Below are positions 1 through 12,306 of a stretch of 64,000 nucleotides of DNA, piece by piece. The notes under the pieces were generated by a model. That model was not told the DNA's origin, made no database searches, and was given only the letters and a program-made list of their open reading frames with translations. Source of the DNA: Tubulanus polymorphus (lineage: Eukaryota; Animalia; Nemertea); the NCBI RefSeq assembly GCF_964204645.1, contig NC_134026.1, positions 1,139,950 to 1,203,949 of the forward strand. The letters run 5' to 3'. Each line of letters starts with the position of its first letter. The stretch's first letter is position 1. The translations under genes and the position numbers were made by a program.

Positions 1-334
1 CAATTCACATTCTCTGAAAAATAGCCCGTAACTGATCCTAATCTACATGTATATTAAACGCAATAACAACCACTGCTGCTACTTCTAATGCAGTCCAGAA
101 ATACTTGTCGGCAAAGCGAAATTTGGTACTCAATAAGGATTATACATGTAGAGATAGTCAGCTGGGACAATCATCATGTGCTTAGTATTAAATTGAATTC
201 AAAATAAGCAAATTGGGACTTAAACATAGAGACAACTTCACTGAGTTTAAACTGGAATTCATCATATAAACAGTCTTTACCAAGAATTACCCTAAATTTT
301 TGTGAATAACTCAAAAGACAAGTTATGATCTTAC

Positions 335-1970
335 CTCAAGCATATTGAAGAATATATAAAGCTTTATAATTGCTTGTCCTCTAATGATGTGATACATGAC
401 TGAAGTATCGACGTAATTCATCGCGAAACAACAAGCGATTAGAATAATGCCTTTGAGCAAGTCACATATTTGAGCCGGTTCCATCACGCGCTGAGACCTT
501 CAAAAAATAAATCATAAACATCCAATAAAACACAATTTTCAAACCGCTGGGAGTCAGTCAGGGTCAGTGGGAGTCAGTCAGGGTCGGTGGGAGTCAGTCA
601 GGGTCGGTGGGAGTCAGTCAGGGTCGGTGGGAGTCAGTCAGGGTCTGTGGGAGTCAGTCAGGGTCAGTGGGAGTCAGTCAGGGTCGGTGGGAGTCAGTCA
701 GGGTCGGTGGGAGTCAGTCAGGGTCGATGGGAGTCAGTCAGGGTCGGTGGGAGTCAGTCAGGGTCGGTGGGAGTCAGTCAGGGTCGGTGGGAGTCACTCA
801 GGGTTGGTGGGAGTCAGTCAGGGTCGGTGGGAGTCAGTCAGGGTCGGTGGGAGTCACTCAGGGTTGGTGGGAGTCAGTCAGGGTCGGTGGGAGTCAGTCA
901 GGGTCTGTTTCACTATAAAGTTTATGCTGAGAACAGTCATTGAAAACATGAAGTAACCATACAAATAGCAGAAAGCCCATGACAAATTTTTTTGGTTAAG
1001 TTGATATTGATTACTTCATCTTTTCAATATATCTTCAACAATTAAAATCCAGTCATTGTTGGCATTTAACGTTTTCGTGAAACTGAATGCAGGCCGTTAT
1101 TAGCAAGTTTTAGTTTGTTTTCTTTTTCTATATGATAGAGAGAGAAACTCTGCCGTAACCAGGATTCAAATCAATGATCCCCGGATTGATGAAACAAATC
1201 ACTAAACCTCTCTAACAGATCAAACAATATTGATTTGTAGTAGAATCTGATTTTTTTTTTTTACAGATGGATGAAGAATACTTACCCACATTGAAATATG
1301 CCACAAGGATGAGTGAATAAACGAAGAACTGCCATCAGAAATCTCGGCGGCAGAAAAGTGAATAAAAAACTGAAAGCATCGGTGCATTGTATAAAACCAA
1401 ACATCATAAACTGAAAATCAAACAAAACAACAGAATCTTCAGTTTTCATTCCGGGGTTCGTTTGTTATTGGACAGCAACAGAAATATATTGGAATTCTAA
1501 ATTCAAGCCGGAGGTTAACACTTACTTTTTCCATCTCTCTCGGAATCCTCATGAAAGTATAAACTCTTTTACTTTTCTCTTCGTATTTCGCCTCATCGTG
1601 TTCGAGGAAATAGCCGCGAGTCAACTCCGATATTAAATACTGCGATATCGAAGCAGCTGGACGCGCTGAAATAATTACAAACGCACGCAATCTAGTTTTA
1701 TGAAAAAGTTACAGGCCTTAGAGGACAACAATTCAAACTTCACCTTAATTAACTTTTCAAGAAACTGGAAACTCAATGTGATAAGTAAAAAAAGGCCACG
1801 TTAAGTCTGTTACCTTTTTGAAAGGCATCATCATCTCCTTCATCATCACTTTCATCATCCTTTTCTACTGCACCATCATCCGCTGCAGCTGCAGTTTCAG
1901 TATTTACCGTCGACACACCCGGCGTTTCACAACCACCAGCTCTCGATCCGATTGTTTCAACCGATGTCAT
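335..1970 (-). CDS. TAPT1: Transmembrane anterior posterior transformation protein 1, 5' exons (gene continues off the left edge)
   Basis: GT-AG exons at ~1814-1970, ~1525-1665 (ELTRGYFLEHDEAKYEEKSKRVYTFMRIPREMEK), ~1287-1410 (FMMFGFIQCTDAFSFLFTFLPPRFL) and ~335-497 (PAQICDLLKGIILIACCFAMNYVDTSVMYHIIRGQAIIKLYIFFNMLE); these match recalled TAPT1/EMP65 family motifs. Start ATG at 1970 is tentative. Confidence 0.92.
548..905. repeat. 20-bp minisatellite (GGGAGTCAGTCAGGGTCGGT)n, ~18 copies, in a TAPT1 intron
   Basis: Direct tandem repeat; no stop in any + frame, which explains the three overlapping ORFs at 567-956. Confidence 0.97.
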
Positions 1971-2351
1971 ATTTTCTAATATCAGAAAAAAACGTTGGTT
2001 AATAACCCAGAAAGGCATATCAATAAAATTTACTTGATTTTTATATTTTTTGCTTTTTTTAAGATGAGATGCAACAATCACCGAACAAAATAGGTTAAAA
2101 TTGACGGCGATGACGACGTATTCTGCTTATTTGATAATTACTTCCAAACCATGTCAATATGCTTAAATTCATCGATTAATTACATGTATTACCTCTTGAG
2201 AAAAATCGCGTTTAGCTATTTTATTAGCACGTTAGTTTCTATATTTGCCGCTAGGGCTGGGGATACCACTTTCTGCATAACGAGGATTTCCCGATGACGT
2301 CACAACTATTTGACGATTACGATATTTTCAAAACAGTAGTATGCGCGGCCC

Positions 2352-2693
2352 TACGGAAGCCCCTAGGTGACATACGTACGGAAGCCCCTAGGTGACATAC
2401 GAGAAAACTTTTTAAGTCGAATTTCGACTTAATAAGTCGAATTTCGAGTTAATTAAGTCGAATTTCGAGTTTTATTTTCATGTCGAATTTCGACTTATTA
2501 AGTCGAAATTCGACTTAATTAACACGAAATTCGACTTATTATGTCGAATTTCGACTTATTAAGTCGAAATTCGACTTAATTAACACGAAATTCGACTTAT
2601 TATCTCGAAATTCGACTTATTATCTCGAAATTCGACTTAATAAGTCGAAATAATGAAAAAAATTATCTCATATGTCACCTAGGGGCTTCCGTA
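2352..2693. mobile_element. Non-autonomous DNA transposon (MITE), IS3EU-like termini, 6-bp TSD CGGCCC
   Basis: Left TACGGAAGCCCCTAGGTGACATACG (two tandem copies, 2352-2376 and 2377-2401); right inverted TATGTCACCTAGGGGCTTCCGTA ending 2693; CGGCCC on both flanks (2346-2351, 2694-2699); interior of ~20-bp near-palindromic AAGTCGAAATTCGACTT repeats. Confidence 0.88.
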
Positions 2694-3419
2694 CGGCCCG
2701 GCGGTCGGTACTGTCTATTTCAACTTTTGACTTCTCCGGAGAGCATTTCAGGCTGGGTGGCCTAGCTCAATCATTATTTTCTTGTGGTAGATACCTGATA
2801 GAAGTCTTCAGAAAGGACTGGCAGTTGAACTAAACTTTGGTTTTTTAATCCATTCTAGCCGATGATCTAATTCGCCCTGAGAGGCGAATTTAGCTTAACT
2901 GCTGATAAAGGCGACCCGGTCTGAGAAGCGAGCAGCTATATTCACCTCAGGGCGGTTATATCAACCGCCCTGAGGCGAATTTAATATTCTGCTGATATCG
3001 ACCTAAAATTATTGAAATGCCATTGCAAAACAAGACATAAAAACAACTGTAGACATAATTCAATTAAATGGTAAAAAGTTTTCCTAAAAAGATGTTTTGA
3101 GGTCTGCGTTTGAAGTATCGACGGATTCCCGAATTAGAGTAAAACCATTCCAACTCAGCGGGGCGCCAGGCCTTTAATTTAGAAAGTGGGCCAGCCTCTT
3201 CAGTACTCTACCAACTGCGTTCACCATTTGAGATTACGTTCATTTTATATAATTAAGTTGGTTGATGTAATTTGTATTTTATTACGTAGTAGCGCTACTT
3301 TTCAGTGGTAACGAAAAAGTCCGTCCCGGACAGCCGAAATTGGCCGATCATGCTGCGGTAAGCGAGCAGGAATCTCCCCAAATCCCGACCGTCGATAGGT
3401 CGGCTCCAATGTAAACAAT

Positions 3420-4622
<1,203 letters not shown>

Positions 4623-5636
4623 GAATCCGTTTAACATCTTGTGTTCTAAATAAATTTATATTCAAATTTTATATATTTATAATTAAAACTAAGGTTTAAT
4701 GTTTAAAATTTCTCTCGAATCATCATGTCTTCGATATCTGAAATCTTTTTGTTCCCGTGTTACAGCGTAACCTCTGGACTACAATCTCTAATGTAATGGT
4801 TTAATTACAAACCTAGAATTACGTCCCAAATAGGACAATTTTATTAATTTCATGCTGGATATAAAGAATCATTGGTTATGAAGATATTTTCTAGTCCTCT
4901 GAAGTTAGTTGCAGTGAGGTTACGCTGTACATTTATTCCGAATGAACATCCATTTCAGAGTTGTATCTTCGAATCCCACTAGATTTAACTTGCAGAAACA
5001 AATAATGACAACTTATTCAATTAGGAGAAATATCATCAGAAAATTTTTATTGATCATGTCTTGTCGTTCATTGTACATTAATGGCAACAATCTTTAAATT
5101 CAATGAAATAATATTTTTTTCAGACTTGCACTAACAGAAAATATTTACAAGTAAATGCAATTGATATAACTTTATTAATGAGTCCACTATCAGCCTGATC
5201 AAGAGGAGTAGAATATGAGCAGAATTAATGTGAAGAATATTGGTTTCTACCGCAACGTACCTGACTACGACTATTATTTGAGAGTAGTTTCTACTCTTCT
5301 TTTAAGAGCTCAAATCCTGGCTAAAAATATCAAAATACTCCCAAAATTGGACTAATTTATAGTTTATTTTCAATCAAACTACTGCCCAGTATATTTGATT
5401 CAAATAAATCTTAATTTTGGGGAAAACTATTTAACTACAATTAGAGATCAGGTAGTCTGGTCTACCACATCCATCATCTGTTCATAATGTGTAATGTCTG
5501 CCTCGAATGATCATATGACACTATCAATATACAACACTAAATAGTAGTTGTCAAACGTTAAGCGTATTTTGAGAGCGGATGGGACCAGTATAATTGTTTT
5601 TTAGAGTCTTAACACATCGTCTCATCCTCGACGAGA

Positions 5637-8237
5637 TTATTTCGGTTTTGTTTCCTGATCGGTGACGTTGCGTATGAATATATTGTCCTCTGGTTGATTA
5701 TCGATTTTATCCTGTTCGAACATGTAAGACGACGCGATCGCCAACAATGATCCATCGTTGCTAAAACTGAGCGATGCTATACTTGTCGGGTATCTGAAAA
5801 TAGACCGCAAACCGTATGAATATAATAGTCACATTGATCTAGGGGTAGACTTTGAGTGGAGCACAAAGATAATGCTGAAAAGGGGCAAGTCAAGTATCCA
5901 CACAGAGAAAACGAGGGTCTAGAAAACTTTGAAATGTGGCCGCATTCTCCATGACCAGTCTCATTCCATGACTTTCAAGCACCTTTTGGACCCGAATTCA
6001 ATGACCCGATTCGTTGATCAAATTGACAATAATAAGTTGAGATAAATTAAGACTAGTGCGAACTAGACCTAACAATACAATGATCAGATCTGATAATGTA
6101 TAATGTCGAAGCTATAGATTATCAGTGACTAAAAAGTTCATAATCTATTCGTGCATTAAGGCAGATCGCTATCAATGACCATAACCATGAATCAATGACT
6201 TAAGAGGCAATTCCATGACTTTCAAGGCCTTGAATTGACCCATTTCATGACTTTCAATGATCGCTATGGTCCCTGTTAGCACTTGGGGGACATATAAGAG
6301 CTCAATAAACTGCAGTCTTAATAATTGCGGGTCATTTGGATCGGCTCCTGGATATTCGAGGACACTAAACACGTGAACTCGAAAACGGGCTGAATATTTG
6401 AATAAATAAATACCTGTGGAATTGACAAAGTCTTTTCTTGTTAAAACCGTCCCAGATATTTACGAATCCATCGGAACCACCAGTAGCGAACGTATTAAAT
6501 GAACTATGAAACGCGATCGCGTTCACCGGATAAATCTTCTCGATTCCATCTTCTTTGATTCGATGACATTTAAAAGCGTATTTCTTTTTCTGCACTTCCG
6601 GACTCGGATCTAGATATTCAACCGCCACACGACCTATAAAAAAAAAAAAAACGTCGGTATTTGAGACACTGAACAGATTTGATGGTTCGTTGTAAGGTCG
6701 CGAGGTTTCTGTTTACTGTCTCACCTTCGATAGAACTCAGCACGTAACCCTGTTTATTGGGAAAACAACGAATCGATCTCGTTTGATATTTCAAACTCGA
6801 TTCTCTTTTTTGTTGCACCGACATATTTCGTAAATCCCACACCATTATTTTCCGTCTCGCAGTGCCGACAATAAGTCTATCCCCGCAAACTCCTATCGTG
6901 TAAACCTAAATAAACATTACAGATTCTACAGTAAAATATGTCTCAGTCCGTAGAGAGAGCAACTGAGGTCAGTAGTGACAGGGAAAGATGGTCGCATCGC
7001 ACAAAGAATGTTTTAAATTCACACTAATGGTAAGGTTGTGTGAATGAAAGAGGTTTACAAATGAAACTTATGCCATAATAATAATAATAATAATGTTTAT
7101 TTCTATATAGCGTTATTCTCATTACGGACTCGTAACGCTTTACATAAAACAGGATAAGTAATATGATTAAGATATAAAACAATACGGAGCCATTACAACA
7201 TTTCAATCATAAGTTTCATTAAAAAGGTGAGTTTTTAGCCTCTTCAGTGACTCGCTATCACGAATAGATTCTGGCAATGAGTTCCACAAAGTAGGACTCT
7301 CATAAAATATTAACTTTCTAAATACCTTATCAGGTTGCGGATAGCTACCAGTGCAAGTAGGAGCTCTAGGATCCCACAGTTTAATAGTCGAATCCCAGCT
7401 TCCTGTCACCACTACATTCACATCGGGACAATATTCTACACATTTTATCGCCATCGAATGATAGCCGATCTTCGTTTCTAAAACACAAATAACATTTTCT
7501 TTAAACGACGGCAGATAACTTAAACCTGTTGCAGAATTTAGCGAAGGATGACTTAACTTAGCAAATTGAATTGGAAACACAAATTAGGTCTCAAAACTAT
7601 TGATGAATATAATTGTAGAGGTAGATAGGGCCTAGATCAGGGGTGCCTTGCATTAGATGACTTGAAGTTTCACTTGTCATGATCATTACACTGAAATCTT
7701 GTAGTATCTGTAAGTATTCGTACCTGTATTCGAGTTGAAGTCAAACATCTTCAGGGTATTATCCAAACCTCCGCTTAAACTGTGCACGGCATCCTATTAA
7801 ACAAAATGATTAAAGAAATCAGAATTCCCCGATTCAAGAATATTAAATCTAGAATCTGTTGGAACCAGGGTCATCTAAGTTCGGTCCAAGCTGAACTGAG
7901 CGGAGTCAACTCTATGTCAAAGTTTTAAGTTAATGGGGCTGAGAGGAATATGAAGTTTTGATACTAGTTTTGATAGCTGAAAGAATCATGAATATAGGGC
8001 GGGTTGACTTACATAAAAACAACAGTCGAGAACAGGAGCGTTGTGCGTATACTTCAATCTCATAGAATTATTCAATACATCGTAAAGACGTACAGATCCA
8101 TCCCACGACGACGCTAACAGGAACTGAGTCGATTGCGCCGACGGACTGAATTTAGCGGCTGAAATACCGTCGGACGGAGGCTGTTTCAATTTAAATTCAT
8201 TCGGAGATTCACCCGACAACACCGCTCCAGTAGTCAT
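5637..8237 (-). CDS. BUB3: Mitotic checkpoint WD40 protein BUB3, multi-exon
   Basis: [37 protein letters not shown]; [52 protein letters not shown]; [27 protein letters not shown]; ends [10 protein letters not shown]. Confidence 0.98.
7075..7300 (-). mobile_element. 3' remnant of a CR1/L2-group LINE in a BUB3 intron
   Basis: [24 protein letters not shown] resembles the ORF2 C-terminus of CR1/L2-type LINEs, followed by AATAAA and an (ATT)n tail. Confidence 0.75.
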
Positions 8238-8601
8238 CCTATAAAAGTCATACAAAAAAACTTTTAATAAATCGCATCCCAGCGAGTTTGCAACAATAAT
8301 AATTAATTTATATTGAATTGATCCTAATTTTGACGGATATCTGTTCCTCGCCGGCTGAGAATTAACTTTAATATATACCCAAATATAAAAGAAAGTCTCA
8401 ATTTTATATTGTATTCACTAAAAACACTGTACCTTTAGAGCTTATGCGATAAAATGTCGATTCAAAATTCTTTCTCGATCGAATAAACCTCCACTTCTAG
8501 GCTAATAGGTGTCGCTAGTTATTAGCCGAGGCTCCACACAATAAAACCGGCGGTAGGGTGTCTCCGTCAAATATTGTATCCAGGCAACAATGGACATATC
8601 C

Positions 8602-8622
8602 GTCTCTGTGGCGCAATCGGTC

Positions 8623-8668
<46 letters not shown>

Positions 8669-8675
8669 AGGGACG
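8602..8675 (+). tRNA. tRNA-Asn (anticodon GTT)
   Basis: GTCTCTGTGGCGCAATCGGTCAGCGCGTTCGGCTGTTAACCGAAAGGTTGGTGGTTCAAGCCCACCCAGGGACG: cloverleaf with A and B boxes, CTGTTAA anticodon loop, followed by a TTTTT Pol III terminator. Confidence 0.97.
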
Positions 8676-8756
8676 ATTAAACATTTTTAATTTTTCATCA
8701 AATGATTGATTTATTGTTAGGTAATAATGTTATAAATGATAAAAGCACGAAATCGT

Positions 8757-11700
8757 TCATATATAATTCTTATTGTCCCCAATTTCGTCGTTTTCTTCGA
8801 CATCGGAATCTTCGTCGTCACCGATGCGAATATTAGGAGCGATCATCCCGAATGCGACTGTTCGTTTACATTTCTTCTTTCTTTGTTTTCCTTTCTTTTT
8901 CTGCGGTTTATTCTGTACGCACGCGCCGTACATTATATCGACGACATCTTCGTTGTCTTTCTTACGCATGACCATGTAAACCTCGGCTTCATCTGCCAGA
9001 TGTCTAGCATCCTCTGCGCCTTCGTAGCCGCCTTTAGGGGCCAAACCGCGCGCGTTGCACTTATGCTTTCGATATTCGATATCGGTGGAGAACACGTGCG
9101 CGCGGTCGTCCTCAAAATCTTGCAAATTGTCGCCGACTAGATTCGAAGCCGCATCGTATCCTGGCCTGTCGTCTGCGATCTTGATGTTTTTCAGCAGCTC
9201 TTCGTCGTCGTCATCGTCGCGTATCTTCCTGCGTTTCTTCTTTTTCATCACGAAGTGTCCGGCGGCATTACCGACACCACGTTGAACGTCCAGTTCGTGA
9301 AGATGGGTGGTCTCCCACCCGCTCAAACCCATCAGCGTTTGCGCGTTGTACAACAATTGCCCGAAGACACTGACGTCATTAGATGGACGCACTTGCTCGA
9401 GATGATCCAGATAGCTCCTTTCGGGAATCGTATTCGACTTGCAGATATCTCTGAATTGTAAAATCTCCGCCCAAATACGGCGAATTTCTGCGACGCGACA
9501 TTCGTAATCTTTCAGCTGTTTGAAATCCTGACATTTTATCAGTTCACGTATCTTACTAATGCATTCTTCCGCCTGAAAACAGAAACAACAATCTACCTAA
9601 TGGTTGCATACAAAATAATCTAGTTCAAAACGTCCGTGATATTTAACCTCGTTGATAATTTCGAACGGTTTCGGGTAGTCCCACTTGTTTTCTAGTTGTT
9701 CCAAACAGTGGCGAAGTTTCTGTTCTACTCCTGTTACTTTCGTTATGACATCAAGAGAGAACTTTAAACGAAGAAAAGAAGAACAAAAAACATTCAATGA
9801 TTTGCGGCGTGAGACCGAGGAAACGACAGTGAGACTTACCGGGACAGCCGTATTCCACAGAATATGAGATACATCCGATGAATACTTTCCGACGTTTATT
9901 CCCGGCGGTTGATGAACTAATCGCACTCGTTTCCCTTCATCTTTATTCTTGGCGTCTACTTTTGCGCAGGTCTTACGTTTCGGAATTATGTTTCTATTCG
10001 ATCGCTCAATCGAATCCTGCTGGTGGTGTTTTTGGTCATCATCTTTCGGAACAGTTTCACTATCGCGGTTTAGAGTTGTACTATTTGAACACTGGCTTAC
10101 AGTGACCGTTGTATGACATTGAACTGTTGACTTGCTTACAGCAGTTTGACACTGTTGGCTGGATGATTTACTAACAGTTATTTGACACTGGTTAACTGAT
10201 TTATTACTGTTTGCCACATCTTGCTTTTCAACTGACGCTTTCTGTCTGAGGATAGACGCTCTGTTGTTTCGCGGTGCTGGTACTGGTGGCCGCTTATGAA
10301 CTGGACTCGATGCCTTTTTACCCCCGCTACCGATAACAAACGTACCCTCCATCTTCTCAAATTGATTTTCACACTTCTGTGTCGCCGTAACATCCGTATC
10401 CGAACTTCTGGTTTTCGCTTCGGATTCATTTTTCAGAATTGTTAAGTAACATAATGAAAATCGAACTGCCATTAATTTAATGTTGTCGTTTTCTGACCTG
10501 AACGTAATCGAAATGCTCGGTTCATTCTTACTCGAACCATTTTCAATACAGCTACTCAGACTTTCTTTCATTTTCTCTCTCTGCTGGCTGGCGCATTTGT
10601 AAACTACTTCCACGAGTTTATTAAACACGCGTCTGGATTGGTCCAACGTTAAATCGTTTTCGTTTACCAATTTCGTGATAAACTGCACCTGAGTTAAAGT
10701 CGTGCAACCTTCCTGATTCATACTCGCGTGTTTCTGTCCGGTAAGCAAGAATCGAGGGTGCGCTTTATTGCAATACTCGCATTGAGGACTAAGAAATTGT
10801 AAACAGCTTTTTGGCCTCGTGCACGCTTCACACGATTTACAAGTCGGTAAATCATCATCGATATCGACTGTAGTGTTGATCGATTCATCTACGGCTGCTG
10901 CTGAATTCTCTGTAATTTCGTCGTTCTTTTTTTCTGGTTTAATGGCTATACTGTCAAAGAATGCCGCCAGATTGATATCATCTTCTGATTCATCATCCTT
11001 TTGTCTGTCCTCATTCATTTCGGCCGGGTTATCCACTTTTTCCTCCTTCTCCTTATCGGCACGCTTGACTTCATCATCGCCATTGTCATGAAGGGAACTT
11101 TCATCCTCCGATAACTGGGTGTAATTCGGTGTTTTCTCGACACGCAGATGACGTATATTGGTCGTTGTAGATTTTCTCCGTCTTAAAACCGGACTGTTGT
11201 GAGAACGCTCTGGCAGCGTGTTCTCTTGAACTCGCACATTTGCTGGCTGCGTTTTGAAAGCCACGCCGTCATCACCACTTTCTAAGGATGCCGACTTCAA
11301 TTTCTCAATAGCTGAAAGAACCGTACGCGCCGGTTACGTAAGTCAGTTAATCCTTTCCAGATACTGGCCATAGTAACCGCCTCCCGACCCGGAGACGGCC
11401 TACATTCATTCAAGAACAAACGCTGTGAACTGCATTCTCACGGATGTACATAGCGTAGCCTATATTTAGCAACAGCGCGAATATGGACGTATCTACGTTT
11501 ATGGTGCGAATAAGTCAAATTTATATCATGAAAATCCCGGTTCTGTCGGCCATCCCAGGTCAATGTTATTGCGACCCACAAAAGGTACATGTTTTGCCTT
11601 ATTCCCAGAATTAACTTTAGAATTGAATTAGCCAAATTTTGAATCGCGATATCCTTTGGCTAATATTACCCCCGGGCTTGCGCTGGTTTTCAGGTATTTA

Positions 11701-11969
11701 ATCGAGAATATCTTTATACAAACCTAGTCTTTGATTTTGACCAACAACGAGTTGAATTCTGTCATCGGTTTCGCTTTGCACGCTACTTATGGAATTGGCA
11801 TCTTCGGAAACTTTTTTCTTGCATCGATTTCCACTTCGATTATCAATCACTTCTTAATTGATACAAATATAATGTCAAGGATATTTCTTAAACAACTGAT
11901 TTCTAATTTTAGTGTTACACAAGAAATGGCACGCTTACGGTCTTTGAAACATTTCATCGAGTTCCCCAT
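8757..11969 (-). CDS. Uncharacterised ~830-aa protein, largely disordered, N-terminal MGNSMKCF
   Basis: Exon 1 ATGGGGAACTCGATGAAATGTTTCAAAGACC|gtaag (phase 1) joins in frame to the acceptor at ~11311; long exon to 9648, 75-bp intron 9573-9647, last exon 9572-8757 open throughout; AATAAA at ~8709-8714 on the minus strand. No family recognised. Confidence 0.7.
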
Positions 11970-12072
11970 GAATTCCGACGGACGTTCAACGAGTAAATAG
12001 AAAAAGAGATTTAACTGGCATCTGAATAAATGATTCCAAACGATAGTTTGAACAAACGGTCAAAATGATCAT

Positions 12073-12122
12073 GACACCATAGAAACCACAGAGTCACGTG
12101 TTTGCACAGTTTCCATGACAAT
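12073..12122. promoter_or_regulatory. Promoter cluster: RFX X-box-like sites, E-box and forkhead site
   Basis: GACACCATAGAAAC (12073-12086), GTCACGTG, TGTTTGC and GTTTCCATGACAAT (12109-12122), 100-150 bp upstream of ATG 11969. Confidence 0.45.
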
Positions 12123-12306
12123 TGGCGATGGCGAAAAAGAATCGAACCAATTCGGAAGAATTTTTACCGGCGTATCTCGCAATATATGTTGATTTTTGAT
12201 CAAATAACAAAATAATTAAATGGATGAATATATTTTATTTTCTATATTCAAATGATAGAAGACAGGCGTGTCCTCATTCTGAGGTTGATTAAATAATTCG
12301 AGGCAT

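Noticed and set aside
567-956. Three overlapping repetitive ORFs (GVSQGRWESVRV...)
   Set aside because: Artefact of a stop-free 20-bp minisatellite antisense within a TAPT1 intron.
11649-11657. ATATCCTTT U12-type donor motif (also ~61416)
   Set aside because: Not at an exon boundary of any gene on that strand.
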